Origin: a virus
Lineage: Duplodnaviria; Caudoviricetes
Virus record (IMG/VR): IMGVR_UViG_3300046671_000011
Location: 1 to 64,000 of that record
Direction: 5' to 3' (one strand)
DNA length: 64,000 nucleotides
This document shows positions 26,135 to 37,828 of this stretch, piece by piece. The notes beneath the pieces are model-generated. The model had not been told where the DNA came from and searched no databases. It saw nothing but the letters and a program-made list of their open reading frames with translations. Position 1 is the stretch's first letter, and each line of letters opens with the position of its first letter. Made by a program: the position numbers and the translations under genes.

Positions 26135-26935
26135 CTATAGACCGTCATTGTCCGTGACTAAGCCTTTATAGAAGCTAAGATTAGCCAGGACGTTGCCGGG
26201 ATCACCTCGATCATAAAGCTCGTCTTGCCAAGCTCCATATACTGCCGTGATATAAGGCTCTACAAGTCTGAGCATTGCTAGACTTGGTAGCCTGATTTCT
26301 TCCTGAGCATCGTCGGCACAGCGTAAGGTTGCATACTTGAGAAAGTTATGAAGATCGCAGTTGACTACTATCGTCATATACTGGATGCTGTAGGGAAGAA
26401 AGAAGCGGGCCATTTCCCGACTAATTCCTCTCTCGATAGCATGTTGATAGTTTAACCTACCTACTTTAATCGTCTGTTCGAGTGTCTGTGAGAAGTAATT
26501 GCCAATCTCAGGTTCAAGATTTTCTCCACTCATCTGCTTATTTATCTTATGCTGAGTCCGCCAGGTCTGCGGTTGATAGAACTCGTCCTTTAACTGATGG
26601 TATCTACCACTCTCACTGTTAAACCTGAAAGTCCTGTGCCTGAGCAATTGGATGATAGCTACTACAGGTAGTCTCATCTCGAAGGTCAAGGAGACCTGTT
26701 CGAAGGGGGAAGTATGTTTATCTTTCCATAAACGCTCGATCAGTTTCCGGTCAGACTCTTCTCCTTTAGAGATTCGATTGATCGAAGTTCTAGCAGCCAT
26801 CGCTATCCATTCATCTGGTGAAGGAGCATCAGGGCGTAGAGGATCGGGCATCATCATCGCTAAGGCTACATACCCGATATCGTCACCATATACTTTGCGG
26901 TCAATATCAAGATAAGGCATTTTTGTCCTCGTCAC
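26135..26935 (-). CDS. thyX: flavin-dependent thymidylate synthase
   Basis: HTSPFEQ, QLLRHRTFRFNSESGRY, N..LHNFL. Confidence 0.93.
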   Translation of the reverse strand: MTRTKMPYLDIDRKVYGDDIGYVALAMMMPDPLRPDAPSPDEWIAMAARTSINRISKGEESDRKLIERLWKDKHTSPFEQVSLTFEMRLPVVAIIQLLRHRTFRFNSESGRYHQLKDEFYQPQTWRTQHKINKQMSGENLEPEIGNYFSQTLEQTIKVGRLNYQHAIERGISREMARFFLPYSIQYMTIVVNCDLHNFLKYATLRCADDAQEEIRLPSLAMLRLVEPYITAVYGAWQDELYDRGDPGNVLANLSFYKGLVTDNDGL

Positions 26936-27347
26936 TGTAAATAATCAGACTAAAGTTTTTATAGCCACGTTTGATAAGTTCTTTGTCTATAGTCTCACGG
27001 GCTATCTTGGAGATTTCCTGTCTTTGCTGTCGAGTGGTTGGGATAGGTGCTTTCACATACTTATTCTGCCGTTTTCCATAGGTCATCTGTACAAGACCGT
27101 CTACTCTTGTGATATTCCCTATATAAGCTATATAGTAGACTATCTCGATAGGCTTATCTAAGTCTTCCATTTCCCAAGTCTCAGTTTTAGGGCGTCCTCT
27201 GGAGGCGATAAGAGCCGCGATATCAGATGATCCCCGGCTCTCAAATCTCGCTACTTTGCAGATAATCTCCGTTGGTGGTTGCATAGGACGGCCCCACTTA
27301 AAGCTAGTCTCAAATTCTACGACTAGCCGTACATGGCCTTCTCGCAT
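26907..27347 (-). CDS. hypothetical protein
   Basis: 146-aa ORF between dcd and thyX. Confidence 0.55.
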   Translation of the reverse strand: MREGHVRLVVEFETSFKWGRPMQPPTEIICKVARFESRGSSDIAALIASRGRPKTETWEMEDLDKPIEIVYYIAYIGNITRVDGLVQMTYGKRQNKYVKAPIPTTRQQRQEISKIARETIDKELIKRGYKNFSLIIYSDEDKNALS

Positions 27348-27914
27348 CTATAACCTCGCTGTAGTAACCTCTGTTTGACCCTGGTACTTACCCTTTCGAT
27401 CAGCATATGTCGAGTGTGGTAACTCTCCACTATCAAAGATAATCTGACAGATACCTTCATTAGCATAGACCATGACCGGGTTGGTTCCTAGATTGGCTAA
27501 CTCGATAGTCAGTCTACCCTTCCAGCCAGGCTCTAATGGGGTCACATTCGGAAAGACACCTAATCTTGCATAGGTGCTTTTACCTAGACAGATACCCATG
27601 ACGTTATCGGGCATACAAAAAGTCTCGACAGACATCCCTAACACCCAAGATTTTGCAGGGATGATAATTCCTTGAGCTTCTATAGAGTCATAGTAGATCT
27701 GATCGGGCCGTTTAACGTCAAGGACAAGATCAGGAGAAGCTACAGGAATCTTAAAAGAGGAAGATAGTCGGATATCATACCCAAAGGATGATAATCCATA
27801 GCTAAGTATCTCTTTGTCATTTCTTAATCTTACCTGACTATCTACGAATGGGGATATCATGGGATAAGAGTTGGTCTCAGCGCAAAGCCGTGTGATTTCG
27901 ATGTCACTTAGCAT
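27348..27914 (-). CDS. dcd: dCTP deaminase
   Basis: MLSD, GLSSFGYD, GKSTYAR, TPLEPGWKG, ANEGICQ, Y..RKGKYQ.Q. Confidence 0.95.
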   Translation of the reverse strand: MLSDIEITRLCAETNSYPMISPFVDSQVRLRNDKEILSYGLSSFGYDIRLSSSFKIPVASPDLVLDVKRPDQIYYDSIEAQGIIIPAKSWVLGMSVETFCMPDNVMGICLGKSTYARLGVFPNVTPLEPGWKGRLTIELANLGTNPVMVYANEGICQIIFDSGELPHSTYADRKGKYQGQTEVTTARL

Positions 27915-30900
27915 CAGTGTTTAGTCCTTTGTTTGCATATTCGATCAATCGAACTTCTTCTTCAGATACTCTAGCATCTTCTACTAAGATCTTTCGAGAG
28001 TTCTCTACATTGTAGCCATCCCTAAGCGCGACGGCATAGAAGACCTTACAGCACTCTACCCAATCTGCGTGAAAAGGGCTTATGGGAGTGCTGTCCATGC
28101 GGCCTCGATAGCTGTCTCTACAGTCTGAATAGCCAGGATAACATCAATCAGGTTGTCTTTGACATCCTCATAAAGCTCTTTCTTTTCTGCTGCCGTTAGT
28201 TGATCCCCATATCCATATAACCCCTTAAATCGAGTGTAAAGGATAGTCTCAACAATTATCTGCATAGCCCGGTCAATTGACGTTGAACTAGGCACTTTAG
28301 GTGTTAAGGCAGTAGCATCATAGTAATCATCTACTGATGCCGCACCTGGATAGACACCTTTTACATAAGTTTGAAGAATATAGGCTTGTTCTTGGCTGGT
28401 AGTGTTTGTAGTCATAATAGCTCCTTAGAAACTATTATACGCTTTATCAAAGGCTTTGCTATAGTCCTTAAGGCGTTTAAGGGCATCGGCTACATTTTGC
28501 TTATTCCAGACTAGCCAAACTGAACCCTCTTGATTCTCATAGCAAACAACTAATACCTCTCGCCAAGTATCCCCTTTACCTGTAGTTGTATAGCGCATAG
28601 ACCCATGAGGATAAACAAGTTCAACTTCACTTCTCTTCATAAGCGTCATCACACGCTCGGTATTATTTCTGTTCATCTTTATGCCCTTTCTTTAAGGCTC
28701 CTCGTTTTTGGATGATCGCATTCTTTTCAGGATTAGCCCGCCGCCATTCCCTCATCACTTGATTGTGCTTTTCTCTATCCATAGGCTTATCTGCTAAGTT
28801 CCTGCATAGACGGCACATCGAACGTAATCTCTTTATTCCTCGACAGACATATCCTTCAAATCTATCGAGGGGGAGATAGCCTTTGCATCCTGAACAATAG
28901 CGTTTATCTCCTCTGGTGAAATCTGGCCTTCCGATTTTCCCTTCTCCTTATATAAGAAAAGCACCGCATTCAGGTTAATAACTTTCTGCTGATAATCGGT
29001 CATCCTAAGATAGATTTCTTTCGGTAGAGTTGACATAACTCCATCTATCATCTCCTGGACGACTTCATTAGTATAGTGCTCGTCATCACTCCTGTACCCA
29101 AAGCAGCTATCACCATCAAGCTTGATCCCGTTCACATAGGGAACAACTTCAATCCCAAAGTACCACCAATCGCCACGATGATAAGAATGTAGACGGTCTT
29201 TATCTTCTTCAGCCCACTTCTCACAGTTATCCATATCCTCTAGAGTAGGATTTTCAAAGTCTTTCAGGTACTCTTCATAAGTCCTCAGATCTTCATGGGG
29301 ATCGCTATGATAGTCATACACAAAGTTGACCCGAATGGCTGTGTTTAAGCCCATGTCGTGAACTTTATGTCCATAGACATCATCCTGTCCATTCCTCTTG
29401 TCAAGCTCTATGAGAAAATCCTCATGGTCATACATCATCATCATCCTTCAATAATTCGATTGATCGAAAAAATTCTTCTAAGTGTTCAGTCTTAGGCCAC
29501 CCGCCTTGATCATCAATGTTGTCGTCCCACCCATTATAGTGTTCAGATAAATAAGTATAAGCCTGATCAACCAGGTCTTTGGGACTAACGTCAAGATCGT
29601 GCCTGCTAATCACCCATCTAAGTTCCTGTTCGAGATTGTCTGAAGTAGCTTCAAGTTCTAATTGACTGTAGACATCTTCATCAAGAATCGGATAACTCTC
29701 AAGTTTCTCAAAGGTCTCACAGACTTTTATAAAAGCAGGTGTTAACTTAGTGTGCTTATAGTCACGGTAAACGCGCACTCGATAGCCTTCTACCCACCCA
29801 ACCAAGAAGTGGAAAGCATTATACTCTTTAATATCATACTCATACTTCTCTACAATCTTTGTCCAGACTTGAGCATTAGAAAGTTCAAGTAAGCGCGAGT
29901 CTCTATTGTGGGTATAGAAGATAAACCAGTTGTCAGGATTAGTTAAGTCTAGTCCTGACGCGAAGGAATGCCACTTACGCCAATTGCCCGCGCATTCTTT
30001 GGCAGCTTCGTTAGCGTCACTCCACTTGATATTCATCATTTTCCTTCTTATAGCTTTCGTGAAGAGCGCGAAGTTCATTCTTTAACTCTTCAATGTCGGT
30101 TTCTGCAAGATCTTTATAGCGTTGAGCAGAAGCAAGCTGCTTTCTCCTATCCTCAAAGATAATAGTAGCTTTTGAGATCTTGATCAGAATTTCTATTTGA
30201 GCCTGCAAATACTCGATCTCAGTCATTAGTCTGCAATCCCATATAGCTGCTTAAGATACCGAACAAGAAAACTTTTGACTTCACGCTTAATATAATCTTC
30301 AGAACCGTGATAAGGCGGATTGCCTTCCCAAATCCAGGCGATACTGCTCTTTAGATAATGACTACCGCCAAATCTCTCGACGGCTCTTACCATGAGAGAA
30401 GGCACATAATACTTTTCTTGGATATGAGTGGTAATATGATCGTTATTTTTCTCAGCCTCTCCAAGAGTTAAGCCGTCCTCGGTTTTCATAAAGCAATACC
30501 AGCAATCGCCCGCACTCGGTTCTAGAACTTGTCCATTAACCAATGCCTGAGCGAAATCGGTTGCATACTGAGTGATTGTCTTTACAATCTTCTTTACCTC
30601 AGTCTCACGAGCCTTATCAGCATCACCCGTAACCGTGCCGTCTTGATGAATAACAATCCCGTCCTGATAAATAACTACTTTCCTATCAACTGATAAAAAC
30701 CAAAGACCTTTAGCTTGACTAACCCCGACTCTTTCGGGTGTATAGTTATTCATGCGCTCTTTAGTTGTCTGAGTCATATACCCATCAGATTGAAGGATAA
30801 TATCGCCATCTTCCTTAAAGGTTACTACTGGTGTTTGATGATAGACAACATGAATACTACTTCCATCCTTTATCAACATTGTTGCCTTACCAGGGAGCTT

Positions 30901-33069
30901 TCGAGAGAATTTACTCTTTTTGCCCTTCGATAGATAATCACTAGCTGTCTGATAGCTAGTGATCCCAAGCTCTTCACCTTTAAGACCAGGCATTCTGCCA
31001 TGCATTGTCATTATAGCTCCCATTATATTCTCGTGTAAAATGATGAAATTCGATCACATGCTTATCCCACTTTTCGATCAATCGAAGTGTGTGCTCATCG
31101 TGATCCTGTAAATATATTATTGTCGTGTCAACCCCATATCGAGCATTGTTCTCTGCCTGCCATAAAGCCCAAAGAATCCCGTCAGGTGTGCAGTGTTCAA
31201 ACTCAGTATCGCGCTTAGCCTGTCGAACATTATTCGTAAAGGCTACGGCATCATTAGCGTTACCAGTTAAAATTATCAAAAGAGGCATAGCCTTACGGCG
31301 ACCTCTCCAATAACGGCTACTAGCCATCAATAAATGACCAGTTACTAAGATTATAGGGCAATGGAAGGCACTGGAAATTAGTATCGACAACGAGTACATC
31401 TTTCTCGTCCAGTAATATGAAGTCAAAAGCATTTAGATACTCTTTCTTATCGAGAAAGTTTAAGTTTAGTTCAGGGATACTTGCCGGGAACCAAATCCCA
31501 TCCTGAGCAAGTAAAACCTCCAAACTTCGACGGTTAAAGGTTCCCTCAGTTATCCAGCTTATATGCTGATCACTCTGAGAGAACATGATAAGTGTATTCA
31601 CCTATTCCTCGTTAATTATGTTTAGCATTTCCTTGAGAAAAGCTATCTTTGTTTGATATGCATACATCTGTGCCGAATAAACCTCAAGGCTACCATCATC
31701 ATCTGGATCGCCATCTTCAACGTTGTGTTTTATCTCTTCAACGAAGAGATTTTTAGCACGAGTGAAATTTGACTGATCAATCACTAGCATATCTTCTAAT
31801 AGACCCTTAAGGATTTCTAATTTGTTATCCATTTACTCTTTACCGATCATCTTAAGTAACTCTCGATATGCATACATCTGATTTTTGTATAATTGGCCTT
31901 CAGTTGCATATCGCTCAAGTATATCTGTTGGATCCTGATCGCCGTTATATCGAAGGTTTCTGCGCTCGTCATGAAATTGCTTGTTAGCATATTCGTAATT
32001 CACAGTAGCCCGATTACATGCGGACTGAACCCAATTCTTGATCTCATTGATCTTAGTTAGATAAGCAGCTACCTTATCTGAGCAATCAAGAGCCTGTTTA
32101 GCTTGCTCTTCCATTAAATCTTTAGTATCCATCTAGTCTAGTCCTTTTATCGTCGGCTGCATCTTCATTGAATATAGTCAAGACAAACTCAGACGCCTGA
32201 TCGAGTGCCAAACGCATCTCGTCCTCGAAAGCAACTATATCTATGAGATAACATCCATCTAAAGGAGCATTAACATCAAGAAAAAAGCGGGTCTCGGTAA
32301 TTAGGTTAAGAATAAAGTTGGCTTCATCCATTGAGCGTTTGTCTTTTGTCCACTCAAAAGTATTTGCATATCCCATAAGTGCCTGGAGTACATTCTTATA
32401 GTATTTAGCTGTTAGCATCAGATTTTTTTCTTAAATAGGAGAGCCTTCTAGCAGTTTCAAAGTGATAATATGAGACCGTATACTCACAAACAATCTCCAG
32501 ATCTTCAATAGATATTTTATCGACATCCTTTAACCAATTGTCTAAAATACTTACAAGATCTTTTGCTATCCTATAGTCACCCTTACAGTATGCACATCCC
32601 GATACAAATCTTTTTTCTCCATCCCAATAGGGAAGATTGCAGAATGGGCATCTGAAGTCAGGGTGTTGCTCTTCTACATAATGGTTAAGCTGGATAAGAC
32701 TCTTAATCTTTTGTATTCCGTTCATTATAAGTTCCTCAAAGCTATGACTTCTTTTATATCGGGATAATGCCAATTCGTACCGTCAATCCACTTCGATCTA
32801 TCGAATTCAATACTCAAGACTCCTTCGATCAATCGAAAACGACCTTCTCTATGGAAGTTCTCTAGATGATTATTGACAATATCGGATCTTAGACCTTTCT
32901 TGCCCCATATTTCTGAGAAGGGTTTTTCTAAGGCAATTGCAAGGAGAACTACCCGCTCGAATTCACTTCGAACAGGTAGCTTCCATACCCTTTCCAGATC
33001 AGGGTAGTTCTTCGCCATCACCAAATGCCAAATCCGCCGCGCTCTTTGCATTACCATAGAACTCGTCAT
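27904..33069 (-). other. tightly packed small hypothetical ORFs (e.g. 28080-28415, 28425-28676, 28833-29444, 29428-30078, 30017-30226, 30226-31023, 31320-31601, 31602-31832, 31833-32132, 32122-32418, 32405-32773, 32725-33069)
   Basis: Co-oriented, overlapping start/stop codons, RBSs; no function recognised. Confidence 0.65.
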
Positions 33070-33421
33070 CGGCAGGATCAGTTACAGCCTGCTCAGGTCG
33101 CGGGCTTAAGGTCTTATAGTAAGAAGAGAATACAACGAGGCTATTCTTGGTTGTGCCATCTTTAGCCTGATACTCTTCTAACTCTACAGTTCCCTTCACA
33201 TAGATTAACTGACCTTTTGTGATAAGGTTCTTATCAATAACAGACGCAGCCTTGTCTCCAAAGACTTTACAGTTAAACCATTTTGTGCTTTCAGTATTAG
33301 TGGTTGGATTCCACTTGCTGATTGCAACACCAAAACTTACCCATGCATTTCCGGCTTTAGAATGGCCCATCGAGACATTCCCAACGTGACCAATCAATGT
33401 CAATTCTTCTACTGACGCCAT
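32999..33421 (-). CDS. ssb: single-stranded DNA-binding protein
   Basis: LIGHVG...FGVA...WFNCKVFG...KGQLIYVKG...Y; acidic tail ending ELP. Confidence 0.9.
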   Translation of the reverse strand: MASVEELTLIGHVGNVSMGHSKAGNAWVSFGVAISKWNPTTNTESTKWFNCKVFGDKAASVIDKNLITKGQLIYVKGTVELEEYQAKDGTTKNSLVVFSSYYKTLSPRPEQAVTDPADDEFYGNAKSAADLAFGDGEELP

Positions 33422-34059
33422 TAGATTTTTCCTTTTTGTACCGTTGTACTATTAAACATTATATCATAAACTATCGGTGATTTCGAGACGGACTTGTCTT
33501 AAACACTCTTCAAGCTCCGTTAGGAGCAGAAGCGAATACTCTGATCGAGGGAAGGTCATTGACCAGCCGCCTTCGCTACGAAAAACGGTTAAGTCTTTAC
33601 TCTCAGGGCATTCAATGACATTAAACCTTCGATATGGAATTAAAGGCTTGTCGTAGTATTGACAAACCTCTTCAACAGGGGTAACATCTAACATGATTTC
33701 TCTCCTTGAGCATGGGACTAAGATTAGGCCGGGTTTCTCGCCCCGGCCTTTTCGTTTTTAATAGTCGTAGATGTGGTAAGTTAAGTCTAGCTCAACTAAT
33801 ACTGCTAAAAGAAGCTCGTAGTCGTGAGCATACTCCATAACAGTCTGATCGTATGGAGAAACTATAGTTATATAGCTTTCTTTACCTGGATTGTAGAAAA
33901 CATACCCTCGAACAAGATTTGAGTCTAACCCAAACTTATCTGCCTCTTCCCCAATCTTTTCTATCACTCTAGTTATGGCCTTAGTTATAGAGTCTACAGA
34001 GAAGAAGGTTGAAGGATCAGGTAATCCTGTCATTGAAGGTATATCCCAATTAGGATACA

Positions 34060-35265
34060 TTAGTCGTCTAATCCTAACTCTTGTAGGATATACTCATAAG
34101 CATCACGATTGCGCTTAGCCCGGTCTTTACCAGGAATAAGAACGCTAGTCTGCACGTTACGACCTGAGATATGATTGGTTACAGCCGTCACTGCTTGATA
34201 AGCGCCATACCAGTTACCGTCAATCCCCTGGCCTTTACATTCATGGTTATAGGCATACAAAACGGCTTCCTGTTTGCCTTGTGCTGCTAAGAAATCAGAC
34301 TCATATTTGTCCATCTTACCAGCATCACGCATGATAATATTTTCACCAGCAGTTTCGACTGATCGAATTCCCCAGGCATCATAGAACTCTTGGTCAAGCT
34401 CTTTCGAGGTAGTGACAGTAATCCCACGTTCACGGTTAACTCCCTCAACGATAGTCCCACCATCTTTCAATTGCAGGGGTTTCTTGGGGAGAGGGAACGC
34501 GATCTGTGCGAGGTCAAATAACTTTTCATCTTCGATAGGACTCTCAGCCATGACATCGAATAGAAACTTCTGACGCTTAGTATAACTGGCAATATCCTTC
34601 ATTACTGAGGTTGCCCAAATCAGACGGTCTTCCATTCCCTCAAAGTGATTAAGGGTCACAGAAAGTTCTGAATTCTTAAGTGCATAAGAAACTGCATTCG
34701 TACAGCGCAGACGTAAACTTACCCATGCAATCGTGGTAGACCCATCAGCCCGCTTGCTATCATAAGCCATAATATAAGACTCGTTCTGGTCTTGCTGTCC
34801 ATTCACAAAGATATCGAATGGTGCTGACTTAAACAAAGCAAACGTGCCTTCACCCTTACCAAGACTACCAAATGCCTCGACAGGTGCTTGAGTCCGAAGA
34901 GCATCAAAGGCTTGTGCAAACATCCGATTTTGAAGGACATTGTACTTATTGCTAGCTGTCCCTAATGGACGATATTCAGGATCGTCAGCCGTTGGATGAC
35001 GGATAATTCCAAACTTGTTGGGTTCACCCTTTTTGTCCACAAAGGGAATATATTGTCCATCGACCAGGGCATACAATGGATACTTTTGAACCTCAAAGTT
35101 CATACCTGCATCTTCAAACCCTTGTACGAGATCATCATCAGGGTTCATAGCAGTTGCAGCAGCAGCATGTGTAATCCAGGGAGCCTGTCGAGCGCCTTCA
35201 TTAAAGCGCGTTCGCGCTCCAAAGGCGTTATGAGCCACATTCATAAATTCTTCATTCTTATTCAT
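34060..35265 (-). CDS. DUF932/DUF945-like phage protein
   Basis: AGMNFEV, LG..S..Y..LQN..F, G.LG.G, YDSK.ADGS, RLRCTNA, H, W..YQAVT pattern. Confidence 0.75.
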   Translation of the reverse strand: MNKNEEFMNVAHNAFGARTRFNEGARQAPWITHAAAATAMNPDDDLVQGFEDAGMNFEVQKYPLYALVDGQYIPFVDKKGEPNKFGIIRHPTADDPEYRPLGTASNKYNVLQNRMFAQAFDALRTQAPVEAFGSLGKGEGTFALFKSAPFDIFVNGQQDQNESYIMAYDSKRADGSTTIAWVSLRLRCTNAVSYALKNSELSVTLNHFEGMEDRLIWATSVMKDIASYTKRQKFLFDVMAESPIEDEKLFDLAQIAFPLPKKPLQLKDGGTIVEGVNRERGITVTTSKELDQEFYDAWGIRSVETAGENIIMRDAGKMDKYESDFLAAQGKQEAVLYAYNHECKGQGIDGNWYGAYQAVTAVTNHISGRNVQTSVLIPGKDRAKRNRDAYEYILQELGLDD

Positions 35266-35491
35266 CTTTACTAATTCTCTCTTCTAAATCTAAATACTCT
35301 AGATACTCTATATATACTACCAATTTCCAGTATAGCCATACTCCAAACATTAGCACGCTCGTTATGGCTATTGCTAAAAGGAGACTCATTGATCTCCTCC
35401 TAGCCACATATAAGCAACCACAAAGATCAAAGACACCAGCAAAATCACTGGCGTCAATGCAATCACAAATACTATCCAGTGAAAAACTTCA

Positions 35492-37092
35492 CTAAGGATA
35501 TTGTTCAAGATTATCTTTCCAGTCTGGTACTAGCTTATTCAGCTTCTTGAGGGTAATTTTGGGCTTTGTCTTCTGGTCTTCACAAAGCTCTATATCCGAA
35601 AAAGTGACATCGCCATTATCGGATTCAATCCCAATGTTTATATCCCAAGCTAGAGCCATATCCTGAGCAGTTTTAGCATCAGGAGCCTGAACGGTAATCG
35701 AATAAAACTCTTCACGAGTAAACGTATAGGTAAAGATAGGCATTAACGGTTATCCTTTAGGATTATCCATAGGCTTATATATAAGGATACAAGAACAACT
35801 GCTAAAACCACGATAATGGTGATGGTATTAGTTATCATCACCATTTCCTGTTCGAAAGAGATCAGTTAGGAATAGCGCCCACAGAAAAATTAGCCCTGTG
35901 ACAGTAATTCCCCAAAAGATCTCGCCAATAATCTCATTCATTTTCCTTCTCCTTTTTTATAGGAATAAGATGCGCTTCATCAAAAACCATTATTCCTATA
36001 TTCAACTTAGGATAATCCATAATGTGATAACTGTTATCATATATATGAGATTTACTTATAATAATAACAGTATTACCATCTTTTATTCTTGAGTTTATGC
36101 CATTTGAAATTCTTTTGTAGAACTCCTCATAACCATCAATAACGGTAGCAAGTTCTCCAGGATGGAATTTATCCATTATCTTCCTCCTCCTCTATATCAG
36201 ACTTGTAAATCTGAATATACTGCGTGCAGTGGTCGGCGTTAGCCGACAATATCTTCGCCATAATTTTCGGGCCTAAATACTCTAAGGAAGCTAACTGTCT
36301 ACATCGGTAGACAGACAACTCCCAAAGAGTTTTTAATGCTTCGATAGCATCTTTCTTGAACTCAAAAGATTCGTGGAACTCAGGTAAACAACCGACCTGA
36401 CCACTTTCGGCTACCCATTTCATTAGAATTGCAGCTTTTGTGGCTCTAACAGACTCTTGAAAGTATCCATGTCGCCCTGGATAGCGGCGCTAAGCTGCAC
36501 TGTTACCTGAGTGATCATCATACTATGCTTGAGTTCATCAATGATCATGGCAACGGGCAATGTCGGGTCAACAATTACCTCGATAGGCTCAAACGGCAGA
36601 TCTATACGAGACTTAACAATCACACCAGGAACCCTCGACCAGTCTTGGATAACAATATCCTTGACTTTCATCTGAATACAGTAAACTCGGACGATCTCAA
36701 GACCACCTGTTGTCTGTTGACCAGACATAATCTTGAAAGATCCATCGCTCATCGTAAAATCAACTTGCATTGTCATTCTTTTTTCCTTTTAGATATCTGA
36801 GAAACCACTCAGTTCCATATTCATCGCCAAGTAATCCATAAGTGATAATCGGCTCAATAACATCGCCTTTAGCGAGACATATACTGATTTGACAGTTGTC
36901 TTTTTGAGCGCGATTAACTGCCTCTTGGATTACCTGATCGATTTCGCGTGCAGGCCGAATACAGGACTTTTTATCGCTAGTAATGCCGTCTATACTCTCT
37001 ACATAAAAAGCAACCCCGTTACCGAGTGCTGCATGAATATAGAAATTGTACACTTTATCCGGCATATACTTTTTGACTGTTGAACTATTCAA
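35492..37092 (-). other. small hypothetical ORFs (35492-35743, 35934-36176, 36169-36423, 36423-36776, 36760-37092)
   Basis: Co-oriented coupled ORFs. Confidence 0.55.
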
Positions 37093-37213
37093 CGTATTTT
37101 ACTCCTAATTTGACCACGACGCAAGCGTATGTTACAATCAGACACATCGTTTTTGCCTGATTGCAACACGATTTGACCTTATGAGATTGCGCCTCTTATA
37201 AGGTCATTCCTTC

Positions 37214-37690
37214 TTACAGAGCTTCGACGGCTTCTGCGCCAACATCGACCATGATAGCCGCTACATCCTGAGATGCAACTTCACCACGCCCTTGACGTGC
37301 AGCATAACGCGCGATCATCGCCTTCTCACTCCAACCCAAAACCTTGATTTCGTCCTTTACAGAAGAGATACTCAGGCTCAGGAAGGTCTTGATAATGGCA
37401 ACACCATTCGCGTCGTGCTCATCAGTCAGGACACCCCAACCGCGAACGGTTCCGGTGACTTCGACATGACGGCCTGCATTCAATTGCAGCTTGGCGTATG
37501 CGCCCTTAGCACGGTTCTCGTTCCAAATCGTGACCTGATGAAACTCTGCGACATCTTCCCACTTGCCCGTTGCCGGGTTAAGCTTGGATGTATTCGATGC
37601 AATGGTAAAGCTGCAAACGGTCTGATCCGCCACAGTCTTTAGCTCGGCATCCTTAGTGATGTAACCTGTCAGATTACCCTTGATAGTCAT
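37214..37690 (-). CDS. ssb: second single-stranded DNA-binding protein
   Basis: GYITKDAEL...CSFTIAS...FHQVTIW...GRHVEVTG. Confidence 0.8.
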   Translation of the reverse strand: MTIKGNLTGYITKDAELKTVADQTVCSFTIASNTSKLNPATGKWEDVAEFHQVTIWNENRAKGAYAKLQLNAGRHVEVTGTVRGWGVLTDEHDANGVAIIKTFLSLSISSVKDEIKVLGWSEKAMIARYAARQGRGEVASQDVAAIMVDVGAEAVEAL

Positions 37691-37736
37691 CTTTTTTTCC
37701 TTCCCGCATCTTAGCGGATAAATTAAAAACTCAAAT

Positions 37737-37761
37737 AAAAAGGGAGCGTTAGCTCCCCTTT
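37737..37761 (-). terminator. intrinsic terminator with C(UAAC)G loop
   Basis: GGGAGC-TAAC-GCTCCC then TTTTT. Confidence 0.75.
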
Positions 37762-37828
37762 ATTAAATGATCGATCTGTTTTCGATCCATCGAATTTACA
37801 GTAATCGATCAAGTAATCACTTTTAGCA